A stretch of 51,695 nt of DNA from Candidatus Aminicenantes bacterium (GTDB lineage Bacteria; Acidobacteriota; Aminicenantia; Aminicenantales; Aminicenantaceae), in assembly GCA_030614685.1 (NCBI GenBank), contig JAUWTO010000001.1, forward strand, positions 1 through 51,695. Direction: 5' to 3'. A program made the translations under genes and the position numbers. Of this stretch, positions 1 through 9,892 are shown one piece after another; within the stretch, counting starts at the first letter, position 1, and every line of letters begins with the position of its first letter. The notes under the pieces are model-generated. The model made no database searches, was not told the DNA's origin, and was given only the letters and a program-made list of their open reading frames with translations.

Positions 1-1605
1 ATCATCCCGCGCCTCCTCTATGTCGAGCCGCGGACACAGAAAGAGATCGTGCTCGAGCAGGAGGTGCCTTTCTACAAGAAACAGAAGCGCATCATCTTCG
101 AGAACAACGGATTCCTGGATCCTACAGATTTCGAGAACTACATTGCCCTGGACGGATACAGAGCCTTATCCAAAGCCCTGTTCGAGATGACGTCCGAGGA
201 AGTCATCGAGGAGATTATCGCTTCCGGATTGAGAGGCCGGGGCGGCGGCGGATTCCCCACCGGCAAGAAATGGGAGGTCTGCCGGCATGTCCGGTCCGAT
301 ACCAAGTATCTCATCTGCAACGCCGACGAAGGGGACCCCGGGGCTTATATGGACCGCAGCCTGCTGGAAGGGAACCCTCACAGCATCATCGAGGGCATGA
401 TCATCGGAGCGTACGCCATCGGGGCCAGCGAGGGATATATCTACGTCCGGATGGAATACCCGCTGGCGGTCAAAAACGTCACACTTGCCATCCAACAGGC
501 CCAGGAAGTCGGCCTGCTGGGCGAATCCATCCTCGGATCGGAGTTCAATTTCGACATCCATGTCTTCAAAGGGGCCGGCGCGTTCGTGTCGGGGGAAGAG
601 ACATCGCTGATGGCCTCCATCGAGGGCCGCCGGGCCTTTCCGCGGCAGCGCCCGCCCTTCCCCGCGGAGTCGGGACTCTGGGGAAAACCCACCAACATCA
701 ACAATGTGGAGACCTGGGCCAATGTGCCCCCGATCATAAGCCGGGGGTCCAACTGGTATGCCGGGATTGGGACCAAGGACAGTAAGGGAACCAAGATCTT
801 CTCTCTGGTGGGGAAGATCAACAATACGGGCCTGGTGGAGGTCCCTATGGGGATCACGCTCAAGGAGATCATCTTCCAGATCGGGGGCGGCATCAAGGAC
901 GGCAAGAAATTCAAGGCTGTTCAGACCGGGGGGCCCTCTGGAGGATGTATCCCGGCGGACATGCTCGACCTCCCCATAGACTTCGACACCCTGACCAAGG
1001 CAGGATCCATCATGGGTTCGGGTGGGATGATCGTCATGGACGAGGACACCTGCATGGTGGATGTTGCCCGGTATTTCCTGCAGTTTACGCAGGAGGAATC
1101 CTGCGGCAAATGCGTCCCCTGCCGCGTGGGAACCCGTGAGATGGTGAACATCCTCACCCGCATCACCAAAGGCGAGGGGCAGGAGGGGGATATCGAGCGC
1201 CTGGAAGCCCTGGCTAAGACGATCCAGGAAGGCTCGCTGTGCGGACTGGGCCAGACCGCACCCAATCCAGTCCTCACCACCATCCGTTATTTCCGGAAGG
1301 AGTATGAGGATCACATCCAGAAAAAGTACTGCGCGGCCCGGGCCTGCAAGGAATTGACCGCCTATTACATCGAGCCCGAGAAGTGTGTGGGCTGCCTCCT
1401 CTGTAAGAAAAGCTGTCCTGTGGATGCCATCGAAGGCGAACGCAAGCAGGTACATGTCATCGATCAGGAGCTCTGCATCAAGTGTGGGGCGTGTTTCGAT
1501 GTGTGCCCTCCCAAAGTCAGTGCGGTTGCCAAACTGACAGGTCATAAGCGAGATCGATTACTCAAGGCCAAACACAAAGCAAGCACGAAAAGAGTGTCCC
1601 AATGA
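1..1605 (+). CDS. NADH-binding FMN/Fe-S flavoprotein subunit, NuoF/HydB-like (5-prime end lies outside the window)
   Basis: Frame 1 is open from base 1, with no stop before the ATG at 49, so the gene starts upstream. [23 protein letters not shown] motif and [10 protein letters not shown] 4Fe-4S motif. Two C-terminal ferredoxin motifs ([24 protein letters not shown]), as in HydB-type subunits of bifurcating enzymes. Confidence 0.9.
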   Translation: MIPRLLYVEPRTQKEIVLEQEVPFYKKQKRIIFENNGFLDPTDFENYIALDGYRALSKALFEMTSEEVIEEIIASGLRGRGGGGFPTGKKWEVCRHVRSDTKYLICNADEGDPGAYMDRSLLEGNPHSIIEGMIIGAYAIGASEGYIYVRMEYPLAVKNVTLAIQQAQEVGLLGESILGSEFNFDIHVFKGAGAFVSGEETSLMASIEGRRAFPRQRPPFPAESGLWGKPTNINNVETWANVPPIISRGSNWYAGIGTKDSKGTKIFSLVGKINNTGLVEVPMGITLKEIIFQIGGGIKDGKKFKAVQTGGPSGGCIPADMLDLPIDFDTLTKAGSIMGSGGMIVMDEDTCMVDVARYFLQFTQEESCGKCVPCRVGTREMVNILTRITKGEGQEGDIERLEALAKTIQEGSLCGLGQTAPNPVLTTIRYFRKEYEDHIQKKYCAARACKELTAYYIEPEKCVGCLLCKKSCPVDAIEGERKQVHVIDQELCIKCGACFDVCPPKVSAVAKLTGHKRDRLLKAKHKASTKRVSQ

Positions 1606-4130
1606 AGATAATCATCGACGGAAAAACAATCGAGATCGAAGGGAAAAAGACCGTGTTGGAGGCGGCAAGGGAGAACGGTATCAGTATCCCGTCTCTCTGT
1701 GATCATCCTCGCCTGATCCCGTTCTCCGGCTGTCGACTCTGCCTGGTCCAGGTGAAGGGCAGCAGGCGGTACCTTCCCGCCTGCAGCACCGAGTGCGGCG
1801 AGGGCCTGGAGGTCAAGACCCGCACTCCCCAGCTTGTCCGGCTGCGCAAGCAGATCCTGGAACTGATCTTGAGCGAGCATCCCAATGCCTGCCTCATCTG
1901 CACCGAGAAAGTAAACTGTGATGACCATAAATCCACCATACGCAAGGTGGGTGAGGTCACAGGCTGTGTGCTGTGCCCCAATAACGGACGCTGCCAGCTT
2001 CAGGATATCGTGACCGAGATCGGCTTGGAAAGTGTGGGGCATCCTTCTGTGTATCGCGAGCTTGAGGTGCGGCGCAGCGATCCATTTTTCGACCGGAATT
2101 ACAACCTCTGCATACTCTGTGGGCGCTGTGTGCGCATCTGTCGTGAGGTGCGGGGGCTTTCTACACTGACATTCATCCAGAGGGGTCCCAACACCGTGGT
2201 CGGGACCGCTATGGATGAGTCCCTGCTTCGCGCGGGCTGTCAGTTCTGTGGGGCCTGCGTGGATGTCTGTCCAACCGGGGCGCTGACCGAAAAGAGCATG
2301 AAATACGAGGGGCTCCCGGAACAGACTGATCAGACCATATGTACGCTGTGCAGCCTCGGGTGCCTCATGGATGTCCATACACGTGGGAACCGCATCCTGT
2401 ACAGCCAGCCTGCCGCGAACGGACCGGTCAACGATGGTCAGGCCTGCGTCAAAGGGCGTTTCTTTCTCAAGGAAGTGGTGCACAATCCCAAGCGGATCAC
2501 CCGGCCCATGGTGCGCGAGAACCAGGAGTGGGTCGAGAAGGGGTGGGAGGAGACCCTGGCTTTCGTAGCCCGGAAGCTTAAGACCTTTAAGTCCGGAGAG
2601 ATGGCCCTGGTCGAGTCGTCCCAGGCGTCCTGTGAAGAGGGATTTGTGCTGCGGAGCCTGGCAGGCGGGATCCTCAAGACCGGGAACCTCATCAGGCCCC
2701 ATGTACAGGCCCCTGTGAGCGTGTACCAGCGCATGATGGATAGGGCCGGAATCCAGCCTGGATTGAATTATGATGCCGCCGCCATTGATGGTGCGGAGAC
2801 GATCGTTGTGTTAGGGACTGACATAGCGGCCACCCAGCCGATCATCTGGCTTCAGGTCCTGGATGCGGTCAAATACAAGCGTGCCGAGCTCATCGTTATC
2901 GCCTCACCTGAGTTCTCGTTCAGCCGCTATGCCGGGACCTGGCTGCGGCATTTTCCCGGCAGCGAAACGCCAGTCCTGACCGGGATCTCGAAGCTCATTC
3001 TGGAACGAGAAGAGGAGGGGAGGGCCGGACGGGCGGCGGGGCGCGCTGCCTTGGCCGCAGACCTGGAGGGATGGAGCCTTAAGGATGTTGAGAAGGACAC
3101 AGGACTCACCCTTGAGGCCATCCATAAACTCACAGAGAAGCTTTCTTCGCCCGGCCCGGTAGCGTATCTTTTCGGCGCGGAAACAGCCTCCCGGCCGGAT
3201 GGGGAAGCCGTCTTGACTGCGCTCTGGAACCTTTCCCTGCAGACAGAGGGCCGCCTGATCCCCCTGGGCATGGAGAGCAACGAGCGCGGGCTCATGGAAC
3301 TGGACAGAGACGGGGACGGGAAATGGACCGCTCTCGAAGAAATTCAGCAGACGATCAAGGACCGGAAGATCAAGGCGCTGTATGCGGCGGGACCGATCAA
3401 GCTCCCTCTTAAAGCCAAGCCACAGTTCCTGGTGGTGCAGACGCCCTATTGGGACGAAATGGCCGAGGCCGCCGATGTGGTGCTGCCCACCGTGAGTTCG
3501 GCCGAAGAGGACGGGACTTTTGTGAACACCGGCGGCCGGATCCAGCGCTGCACACCGGTTCTGGAACCTCTGGGTGATACCCGGCCGGGGTGGTGGATCC
3601 TGAATCAACTGTCCCGGAAACTGAAGAGCCAGGTCACCGAATATAAGCGCACCTCAGACATCTGGAAGGAGATACGGAAGGAGGTCGATGCGCTGAGCGG
3701 GGTGACTGCGGCCTTCCTCAAGGAGGGTGGAGATCTCTTTGTGAAGGAGTCCCCTGCGGGGGAGCCGGCCTATATTCCCCCGGGTCAACCGGGGAAACCA
3801 CCTCGTCCCACGAAACAAAGACCCTTCCTCTGGCTCAACCTGGCCAACCTGGATTCCTACCGGGGGCTGGTCTTCAGCCGTGAGGATAAGGGCTTCCGGC
3901 TGTTCCGAGACGAATCCCGAGCCCTCCTGCATCCTGAAGATGCGAGCACCCTGGAACTGAAGGTCGGCGATGAGGTCATCCTCGAGTCTGCCGCAGGCAA
4001 CTTCTCCTGCAGAGTGCGTTTGGATGACCGTGTTGCCCCGGGCAGTGTCGTGACCGCCCTGGCTCCATTCCGGTTCGCAGACAATCGGGCCTCTCATGTG
4101 CTCACGGTGAAACTGAAAAGAGGATCATGA
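1602..4130 (+). CDS. Multi-cluster Fe-S / molybdopterin-oxidoreductase-family subunit (formate dehydrogenase alpha / NuoG-like)
   Basis: 842 aa. N-terminal 2Fe-2S region (CDHP..CRLC..C), HPNACLIC His-ligated cluster motif, [11 protein letters not shown] and [12 protein letters not shown] ferredoxin motifs. CTLCSLGC plus ACVKGRF mark the start of the MopB domain. C-terminal LHPEDA..LKVGDEV molybdopterin-dinucleotide-binding-type barrel. ATGA overlap with the upstream gene. Confidence 0.85.
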   Translation: MKIIIDGKTIEIEGKKTVLEAARENGISIPSLCDHPRLIPFSGCRLCLVQVKGSRRYLPACSTECGEGLEVKTRTPQLVRLRKQILELILSEHPNACLICTEKVNCDDHKSTIRKVGEVTGCVLCPNNGRCQLQDIVTEIGLESVGHPSVYRELEVRRSDPFFDRNYNLCILCGRCVRICREVRGLSTLTFIQRGPNTVVGTAMDESLLRAGCQFCGACVDVCPTGALTEKSMKYEGLPEQTDQTICTLCSLGCLMDVHTRGNRILYSQPAANGPVNDGQACVKGRFFLKEVVHNPKRITRPMVRENQEWVEKGWEETLAFVARKLKTFKSGEMALVESSQASCEEGFVLRSLAGGILKTGNLIRPHVQAPVSVYQRMMDRAGIQPGLNYDAAAIDGAETIVVLGTDIAATQPIIWLQVLDAVKYKRAELIVIASPEFSFSRYAGTWLRHFPGSETPVLTGISKLILEREEEGRAGRAAGRAALAADLEGWSLKDVEKDTGLTLEAIHKLTEKLSSPGPVAYLFGAETASRPDGEAVLTALWNLSLQTEGRLIPLGMESNERGLMELDRDGDGKWTALEEIQQTIKDRKIKALYAAGPIKLPLKAKPQFLVVQTPYWDEMAEAADVVLPTVSSAEEDGTFVNTGGRIQRCTPVLEPLGDTRPGWWILNQLSRKLKSQVTEYKRTSDIWKEIRKEVDALSGVTAAFLKEGGDLFVKESPAGEPAYIPPGQPGKPPRPTKQRPFLWLNLANLDSYRGLVFSREDKGFRLFRDESRALLHPEDASTLELKVGDEVILESAAGNFSCRVRLDDRVAPGSVVTALAPFRFADNRASHVLTVKLKRGS

Positions 4131-4966
4131 TGACCAAGATAATTCGCAGAGAACGTTTGGTGCCCAACATTCATCTCCTTGAGGTAGAGGCGCCTGAGAT
4201 GGCGCGCCGGTGCAAGCCTGGCCAGTTTGTCATGCTCATGCCGGACGAAAGGGGAGAGAGGATTCCTCTGACGATCGCGGACTGGGATGCAGAAAAGGGC
4301 ACGGTCTCGTCTGTCTTTATGGCCGTTGGGACTTCCACCCAGAAACTGGCGCTCCTCAAAGCTGGCGATGAGCTGCCTGTTTACGCCGGCCCCCTGGGCA
4401 AACCGGCGGAGATCGAGAAGTTCGGAACGGTGTTGTGTGCAGGAGGCTGCTACGGGATCGGAGCCATATATCCCATCGTTCGCGCCTTGAAAGAGGCCGG
4501 CAACACGGTCTATACGCTGATCGATGTCAAGGCCAATTTCCTGATGTACTGGGAGGAGCGGCTGAAGAGATACAGTGATGAGTTCTTCGTGTCCTCCCGC
4601 GACAGCTTTTTCGACTGCAAGGAGTACATTCCGAACGTGCTGGAGAAGGTCCTTCAGAAGTCCAAGCTCGACCGGGTGATCTCCATCGGGTGCACCTATC
4701 TGATGTACACCTGCTCCGAGGCGACACGGCCCAAGGGAATCAAGACGATCGTCAGCTTGAATCCGGTCATGGTAGACGGCACCGGGATGTGCGGCGCCTG
4801 CCGCTGCACCATCGAGGGCCGCACCAAGTTCGCCTGCGTGGATGGTCCTGATTTCGATGGGCATGCCGTGGACTGGGACGAGCTGTTCTACCGGCGGAAG
4901 TCCTACTTTGAGGATGAGATCCGATCGATGTGTTACTGGGAGAAAGAATCCCTGTTAAAAGAATAA
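4127..4966 (+). CDS. nfnA: NfnA/SudB-like FAD + 2Fe-2S ferredoxin-NADP reductase subunit
   Basis: 279 aa. PyrK/ferredoxin-reductase-like fold with the C-terminal GTGMCGACRC...CVDGP 2Fe-2S motif typical of NfnA/sulfide dehydrogenase beta. Start overlaps the upstream stop (ATGATGA). Confidence 0.8.
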   Translation: MMTKIIRRERLVPNIHLLEVEAPEMARRCKPGQFVMLMPDERGERIPLTIADWDAEKGTVSSVFMAVGTSTQKLALLKAGDELPVYAGPLGKPAEIEKFGTVLCAGGCYGIGAIYPIVRALKEAGNTVYTLIDVKANFLMYWEERLKRYSDEFFVSSRDSFFDCKEYIPNVLEKVLQKSKLDRVISIGCTYLMYTCSEATRPKGIKTIVSLNPVMVDGTGMCGACRCTIEGRTKFACVDGPDFDGHAVDWDELFYRRKSYFEDEIRSMCYWEKESLLKE

Positions 4967-4985
4967 TCTCTGGGAAAGAATAAAC

Positions 4986-6488
4986 ATGGCAGATAAAAAA
5001 ACAGAGCTATCGCCCGAACTCAAGGCACGGCAGAAGGCGGGATTCATTGAGGAATGGCGCAAGGAAATGCGCAAGGCTATTCCGGTCAAAGAGCGTATGA
5101 AGATGCCCCGGCAGAAGATGCCGGAGAGGGAAGCGGATGAGCGGAACAAAGACTTCGAGGAAGTCAACCTGGGATTGAAGGCCAAAGAGGCCGTTATCGA
5201 GGCCAAGCGCTGCCTCGACTGTGCAAATCCTCAGTGTGTGGCCGGCTGTCCGGTGGGGATCGATATCCCTACCTTCATCAAACTCATCGAGGCCGGCAAA
5301 TTTTCCGAAAGCGCGCGTAAGCTGAAGGAGACCAACAGCCTGCCCTCGATCTGCGGGCGCGTGTGTCCTCAGGAGACCCAGTGCGAGGAGGTCTGCAACC
5401 TGAAAAAAGCCACCGGTGTGCCGGTGGCCATCGGCAACTTGGAACGTTTTGCATCGGATGTGGAGAGGATGGAGGGTGATGTCTTCATCCCGAAGATCCC
5501 GCCCTCCACGGGACACAAGGTCGCGATCCTGGGCGCGGGCCCGGCCGGCTTGACTGTGGCCGGGGAACTGGCCAAGAAGGGGCATCAGATCACCGTGTTC
5601 GAGGCGCTGCATATGGCAGGTGGAGTGCTGGTGTACGGGATTCCCGAATTCCGGCTGCCCAAAAAGATCCTGGATGCCGAGATCGACTATCTGCGCAAGC
5701 TGGGAGTGGAGTTTCGGATGAACTTCGTGGTGGGGATGACGGCCACCCTGGATGACCTCAAGCAGGAGGGATACGAGGCTTTTTTTGTGGGGACGGGAGC
5801 CGGGCTCCCCAACTTCATGCGGATTCCGGGAGAGAACCTCATCGGGATCTATTCGGCCAATGAATACCTGACCCGGGTCAACCTGATGCGGGCCTATGAT
5901 TTTCCCAAATACGACACACCGGTCTTCCCGGGCCACCGCGTGGCGGTCCTGGGCGGCGGAAACGTGGCCATGGATTCCGTGCGAACGGCCAAGCGTCTGG
6001 GCGCGGAGTTGGCGGCCATCGTGTACCGGCGTTCACGCGTGGAGATGCCCGCCCGTATTGAGGAAGTGCATCATGCCGAGGAAGAGGGGATCGAGTTCCA
6101 CTTCCTCACAACACCGACCCGATTCATCGGGGATGAGAACCACAAGGTCAAGGCCATGGAGTGCCTGCGCATGGAGCTGGGAGAACCGGACTCTTCGGGC
6201 CGCCGCCGGCCCGTTCCCATCGAGGGATCGGAGTTCATCATGGAAGTGGACCTGGTCGTGGTGTCCATCGGCAACAGCCCCAATCCGCTCATAGGCCAGA
6301 CCACACCCGAACTCGAGATCGGGAAATGGGGCAACGTCGAGGTGGACTGGGACACCATGGCGACCAACATGGAAGGTGTCTATGCTGGAGGTGATATTGT
6401 GCGGGGCGGTGCCACAGTCATCCTGGCCATGGGTGATGCCCGTGTGGCTGCCGGCGAGATGCACAAGTATCTCAACGGCAGCGGATAA
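4986..6488 (+). CDS. nfnB: NfnB / GltD-type (glutamate synthase small-chain-like) NADPH oxidoreductase subunit
   Basis: 500 aa. CLDCANPQCVAGCP and CGRVCPQETQCE cluster motifs, GAGPAGL and GGGNVAMD dinucleotide-binding motifs. Starts 20 nt after nfnA. Confidence 0.85.
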   Translation: MADKKTELSPELKARQKAGFIEEWRKEMRKAIPVKERMKMPRQKMPEREADERNKDFEEVNLGLKAKEAVIEAKRCLDCANPQCVAGCPVGIDIPTFIKLIEAGKFSESARKLKETNSLPSICGRVCPQETQCEEVCNLKKATGVPVAIGNLERFASDVERMEGDVFIPKIPPSTGHKVAILGAGPAGLTVAGELAKKGHQITVFEALHMAGGVLVYGIPEFRLPKKILDAEIDYLRKLGVEFRMNFVVGMTATLDDLKQEGYEAFFVGTGAGLPNFMRIPGENLIGIYSANEYLTRVNLMRAYDFPKYDTPVFPGHRVAVLGGGNVAMDSVRTAKRLGAELAAIVYRRSRVEMPARIEEVHHAEEEGIEFHFLTTPTRFIGDENHKVKAMECLRMELGEPDSSGRRRPVPIEGSEFIMEVDLVVVSIGNSPNPLIGQTTPELEIGKWGNVEVDWDTMATNMEGVYAGGDIVRGGATVILAMGDARVAAGEMHKYLNGSG

Positions 6489-6596
6489 CATGGAGCGCTG
6501 CCGCCGTTCAGCCTGCGCTTGATTCCGAAGTATGCCAGTTTAACAGTCGATAAACTACTTCTGAAGCCTTATGATTCTGAATGAGGGAGGGCGATC

Positions 6597-7895
6597 GTGA
6601 GTTGGGTGGATGGTTATAAAGAGAAGCTCGTCACCGCCGAAGATGCCGTGGCGGAGATCAAGAGCCACGACCGTGTGTACATCAGCGGAAACGCCGCCAC
6701 CCCCTATGTCCTGATGAATGCCCTGGCGGCACGCCGGGATGAGCTCGAAGGAGTGGAGCTGGTCCACGTGCTGCTCCTGGGCCGGGACCCCCTGGGCATA
6801 CCCGAGATGGAGGGCCATTTTCGGCACAATTCTTTGTTCGTTGGCCCGGCCGACCGGAAAGCCATCAACGAAGGCCGGGCGGATTATGTACCCATCTTTC
6901 TCCACCAGATCCCCAACCTCTTTCATTCCGGCCAGATGCCCATCGACGTTGCCATGATGCACCTGTCACCTCCCGATGAACACGGCTTCATGAGTTACGG
7001 GGCCGAGGTCCTGTCGTCCAAGGCTGCTGCCGAGAATGCCAAGATCGTGATTGCCCAGGTCAATGAGAAGATGCCCCGCATCCTGGGGGATTCATTTATC
7101 CACGCCTCGCGTGTCCACAAGGTCGTAGAGATGTCAGCCGACCTCCCCGAGCTGCAGAAAAAACCATTCAGCGACGTGGAGCAGAAGATCGGGGGTTACA
7201 TCGCCGACCTGATCGAGGACGGGGCGACTCTTCAGCTGGGCATCGGAGGCATCCCGGACGCGGTGCTGGCGGCATTAAAGGACAGACGTGACCTGGGAGT
7301 GCACACCGAGATGGTCTCCGATGGTGTGATCGAGGCCATCGATGCTGGAATCATCACCGGGACCAGAAAAAATTTTCACCCCGGCAAGATCATCCTGACC
7401 TTCATGCTGGGATCCAGGAAAATCTACGAGTTTGCCCACAACAATCCCATCTTCGAGGCGCATCCCACCGATTACACCAACCACCCCTTCAAGGTGGCCC
7501 AGAATGACAACATGGTCGCCATCAACTCCGCCATCGAGGTGGACATCACGGGGCAGGTATGCTCGGATTCCATCGGGACCTATATCTACTCCGGGTTCGG
7601 GGGACAGGTGGATTTCATCCGGGGCGCGGCCCACTCCAGGGGTGGCAAACCGATCATCGCCCTGCCTTCGACCGCCAAAAATGGGGAGGTGTCCCGGATC
7701 GTACCCTTCCTCAAGAAGGGCGCCGGTGTCGTCACCACTCGGGCCGATGTGATGTATGTGGTCACCGAATACGGCGTGGCCTACCTGCACGGCAAAAACC
7801 TGAAGGAGAGGACCGAGGCCTTGATCAACATCGCCCACCCTGCTTTCCGGGATGAGCTTCTCAGAGAAGCCAAGGAGCGGAACCTCATCCAGTGA
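6597..7895 (+). CDS. Acetyl-CoA hydrolase/transferase family protein (4-hydroxybutyrate/butyrate CoA-transferase-like)
   Basis: 432 aa. Family-typical LQLGIGGIPDAV, SGFGGQVDF and VVTEYGVAYLHG segments. GTG start 6 nt after GAGGGAGG. Confidence 0.8.
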   Translation: MSWVDGYKEKLVTAEDAVAEIKSHDRVYISGNAATPYVLMNALAARRDELEGVELVHVLLLGRDPLGIPEMEGHFRHNSLFVGPADRKAINEGRADYVPIFLHQIPNLFHSGQMPIDVAMMHLSPPDEHGFMSYGAEVLSSKAAAENAKIVIAQVNEKMPRILGDSFIHASRVHKVVEMSADLPELQKKPFSDVEQKIGGYIADLIEDGATLQLGIGGIPDAVLAALKDRRDLGVHTEMVSDGVIEAIDAGIITGTRKNFHPGKIILTFMLGSRKIYEFAHNNPIFEAHPTDYTNHPFKVAQNDNMVAINSAIEVDITGQVCSDSIGTYIYSGFGGQVDFIRGAAHSRGGKPIIALPSTAKNGEVSRIVPFLKKGAGVVTTRADVMYVVTEYGVAYLHGKNLKERTEALINIAHPAFRDELLREAKERNLIQ

Positions 7896-8566
7896 GACAA
7901 TCCAACCTGTTCAGGGATGCCCAGGGGCACATGGGGACCGACGAGTCCGGTAAGGGGGACTATTTCGGCCCCCTGGTTGCTGCCGGGGTGTACGTCCCGG
8001 ACGGGCAGGAGGAAGTGCTGCGGGAATACGGTGTCCGGGACAGCAAGCGGGTCTCTGACAACCGGGTGCGTGAGCTGGCGGAAGTCGTCACGCAGGGCTA
8101 TCCCCATTCCATTGTGGCGATCGGTCCGGAAAAATACAACGAGCTGTATTCCAAGTTCCGGAACCTGAACCGCCTGCTCGCCTGGGCTCACTCCCGCGTG
8201 ATCGAGAATATCCTGCAGGAGGTTCCCTGCACTCTGGCCATCACAGATCAGTTCGGGGATAAACTTTTCGTCCAGAACGCTCTCATGAAGAGGGGGCGCA
8301 GCATCGAGCTGATCCAGAAGCCCAAGGCGGAAGCGGATATCGCGGTGGCAGCCGCCTCCATACTCGCACGGAGTGAATTCCTGCGCCGTCTTTCCCTTCT
8401 CTCCAAGGAGGCGGGCATGGAGCTCCCGAAGGGCGCTTCCTCCATGGTCGAGGAAGCGGGTGTGGCTCTGGTCCGGCGTTATGGTTCGCAGGTTCTGGCC
8501 AAATTCGCGAAGACGCATTTCAAAACCACAGGGCGCGTCCTCGCCTCTGCACAAACCTCCGAGTGA
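7892..8566 (+). CDS. rnhC: Ribonuclease HIII-type catalytic domain protein, lacking the usual N-terminal domain
   Basis: GTDESGKGDYFGPLV, GVRDSKR, ITDQF, AVAAASILAR and LPKGAS segments match my recollection of Bacillus RNase HIII. Only about 13 residues precede the DESGKG motif. Start is uncertain: GTG 7892 (GTGA overlap with the upstream stop) or ATG 7931. Confidence 0.75.
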   Translation: MRQSNLFRDAQGHMGTDESGKGDYFGPLVAAGVYVPDGQEEVLREYGVRDSKRVSDNRVRELAEVVTQGYPHSIVAIGPEKYNELYSKFRNLNRLLAWAHSRVIENILQEVPCTLAITDQFGDKLFVQNALMKRGRSIELIQKPKAEADIAVAAASILARSEFLRRLSLLSKEAGMELPKGASSMVEEAGVALVRRYGSQVLAKFAKTHFKTTGRVLASAQTSE

Positions 8567-8602
8567 TGTATTGATAGATTATATATAGATGGGGAGGGCG
8601 GT

Positions 8603-9790
8603 ATGGCGATTCAAACGAAGCGGCTCTATTTCGACGATCCCTATCAGGCCGATTTTGAGGGCAAGATCCTCGACAGGCGTACACATCAGGAAAAACCGGC
8701 TCTGATACTGGACCAGACCTGCTTCTATCCGGAGGGTGGCGGCCAGCCCGCGGACAGAGGGACCCTGTCCGGAGTGACCGTGTTCCATGTTCTGGAACAG
8801 GACGGGGAGATCCTCCACATCTTGGAAGATGAAATCCCGGGGGACACAGTGAAAGGAGTCATTGACTGGGACACCAGGCTCGACCACATGCAACAGCATA
8901 CCGGACAGCATGTGCTGTCCCAGTGTTTCCATAGACTTCTGTCCGGGAAGACCCTATCCTTCCATCTGGGTGAAAAGCTGTCCACCCTGGAGATAGGCCT
9001 TCCCTCGATCACCGATTCGGATCAGGATCGGATCGAAACCTGCGCCAACCGGGCCGTCTTCCAGAACCGGGAGATCAAGACCTATTTTGTGGAGGGATCG
9101 GAAGTCTCCAGCGTGCCCCTGCGGCGGCCCCCGAAGAAATCCGGGCGCATCCGGGTGGTGGAGGCCGTAGGCTTCGATTATTCCGCCTGCGGCGGGACGC
9201 ATCCGCACCGGACGGGTGAGATTGGCCTGATCAAAATCCTGAAGCGGGAAAAGATCAGGAGTAACCTGCGCTTTGAATTTGTCTGCGGGAACCGAGCTCT
9301 AGAGGATTACCGCATGAAAAACCGGATCCTCACGGAGGTTGCAGCGAGATTTTCTGCGGGCGAAGCAGACCTCCCGGCTGTCGTGGACAAGCTCCTTTCC
9401 GAGCAGAAAGAGAGCGCTCGGATTATGAAAAAACTGCGGAGTCGGTTGATCGAGCAGGAGGCGCGGGAAATGGTCAGGGACTCGCATGATCCGGTCATCC
9501 TCGAACAGTTCAAAGAGCGGACAGCACAGGATGTGCGCCAGCTGGCCCTGGAGGTCATCCAAAGCCCGGGCCGCGTGGTGCTGTTCGGGCTGCAGTCCGG
9601 AGAACGGGCCCATATGGTCATGGCCCGCTCTGAGGACATGGCGATCGATCTGAGGGAGCTCATCCCTGTTGTCTCTCCCGTGCTGAACGCCAGGGGCGGC
9701 GGTCGTCCTTCCCTGGTGGAGCTGGCAGGGGACAGGCCGGAGGCCCTGACCGAGGCGATGAACGCCGCCCGTCAAAATCTGAAGATCTGA
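8603..9790 (+). CDS. alaX: Alanyl-tRNA editing protein, AlaX-L type
   Basis: 395 aa. HTGQHVLSQ (HxxxH) and CGGTH zinc/editing motifs of the AlaRS second additional domain, with a C-terminal DHHA1-like GGGRPS segment. GGGGAGGG RBS. Confidence 0.8.
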   Translation: MAIQTKRLYFDDPYQADFEGKILDRRTHQEKPALILDQTCFYPEGGGQPADRGTLSGVTVFHVLEQDGEILHILEDEIPGDTVKGVIDWDTRLDHMQQHTGQHVLSQCFHRLLSGKTLSFHLGEKLSTLEIGLPSITDSDQDRIETCANRAVFQNREIKTYFVEGSEVSSVPLRRPPKKSGRIRVVEAVGFDYSACGGTHPHRTGEIGLIKILKREKIRSNLRFEFVCGNRALEDYRMKNRILTEVAARFSAGEADLPAVVDKLLSEQKESARIMKKLRSRLIEQEAREMVRDSHDPVILEQFKERTAQDVRQLALEVIQSPGRVVLFGLQSGERAHMVMARSEDMAIDLRELIPVVSPVLNARGGGRPSLVELAGDRPEALTEAMNAARQNLKI

Positions 9791-9822
9791 CTCAACCCCC
9801 CGAGCTGGGTCCGCCCGTAGGG

Positions 9823-9879
9823 TAAAGAGTGTCAACAATTTTTATTAATAGGTTTTAGAGAGAGAGTTGACACTCTTTA
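9823..9879. terminator. Long perfect hairpin between convergent genes (possible bidirectional terminator)
   Basis: TAAAGAGTGTCAAC (9823-9836) and its exact reverse complement GTTGACACTCTTTA (9866-9879) flank a 29-nt AT-rich loop. It lies between the alaX stop (9790) and the stop of the minus-strand permease (9893). Confidence 0.4.
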
Positions 9880-9892
9880 TGAATGACTCAGG

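Noticed and set aside
166-1545. 459-aa ORF antisense to the NuoF-like gene. Similar long antisense or overlapping ORFs occur at 1542-2702(-), 5007-5936(-), 17610-18908(-), 19355-21163(-), 41454-42860(-), 43154-44470(-), 43734-45299(+), 45970-46992(-) and 47049-48164(-).
   Set aside because: Their translations are low-complexity and Arg/Gly/Pro/His-rich with no recognisable motifs. The opposite-strand or other-frame genes have strong family signatures. This is the typical open-frame artefact of GC-rich DNA.
1602-4130. Selenocysteine-containing formate dehydrogenase with an in-frame TGA and a SECIS element.
   Set aside because: The ORF is uninterrupted with no internal TGA, and the expected Sec/Cys position appears to be Val.
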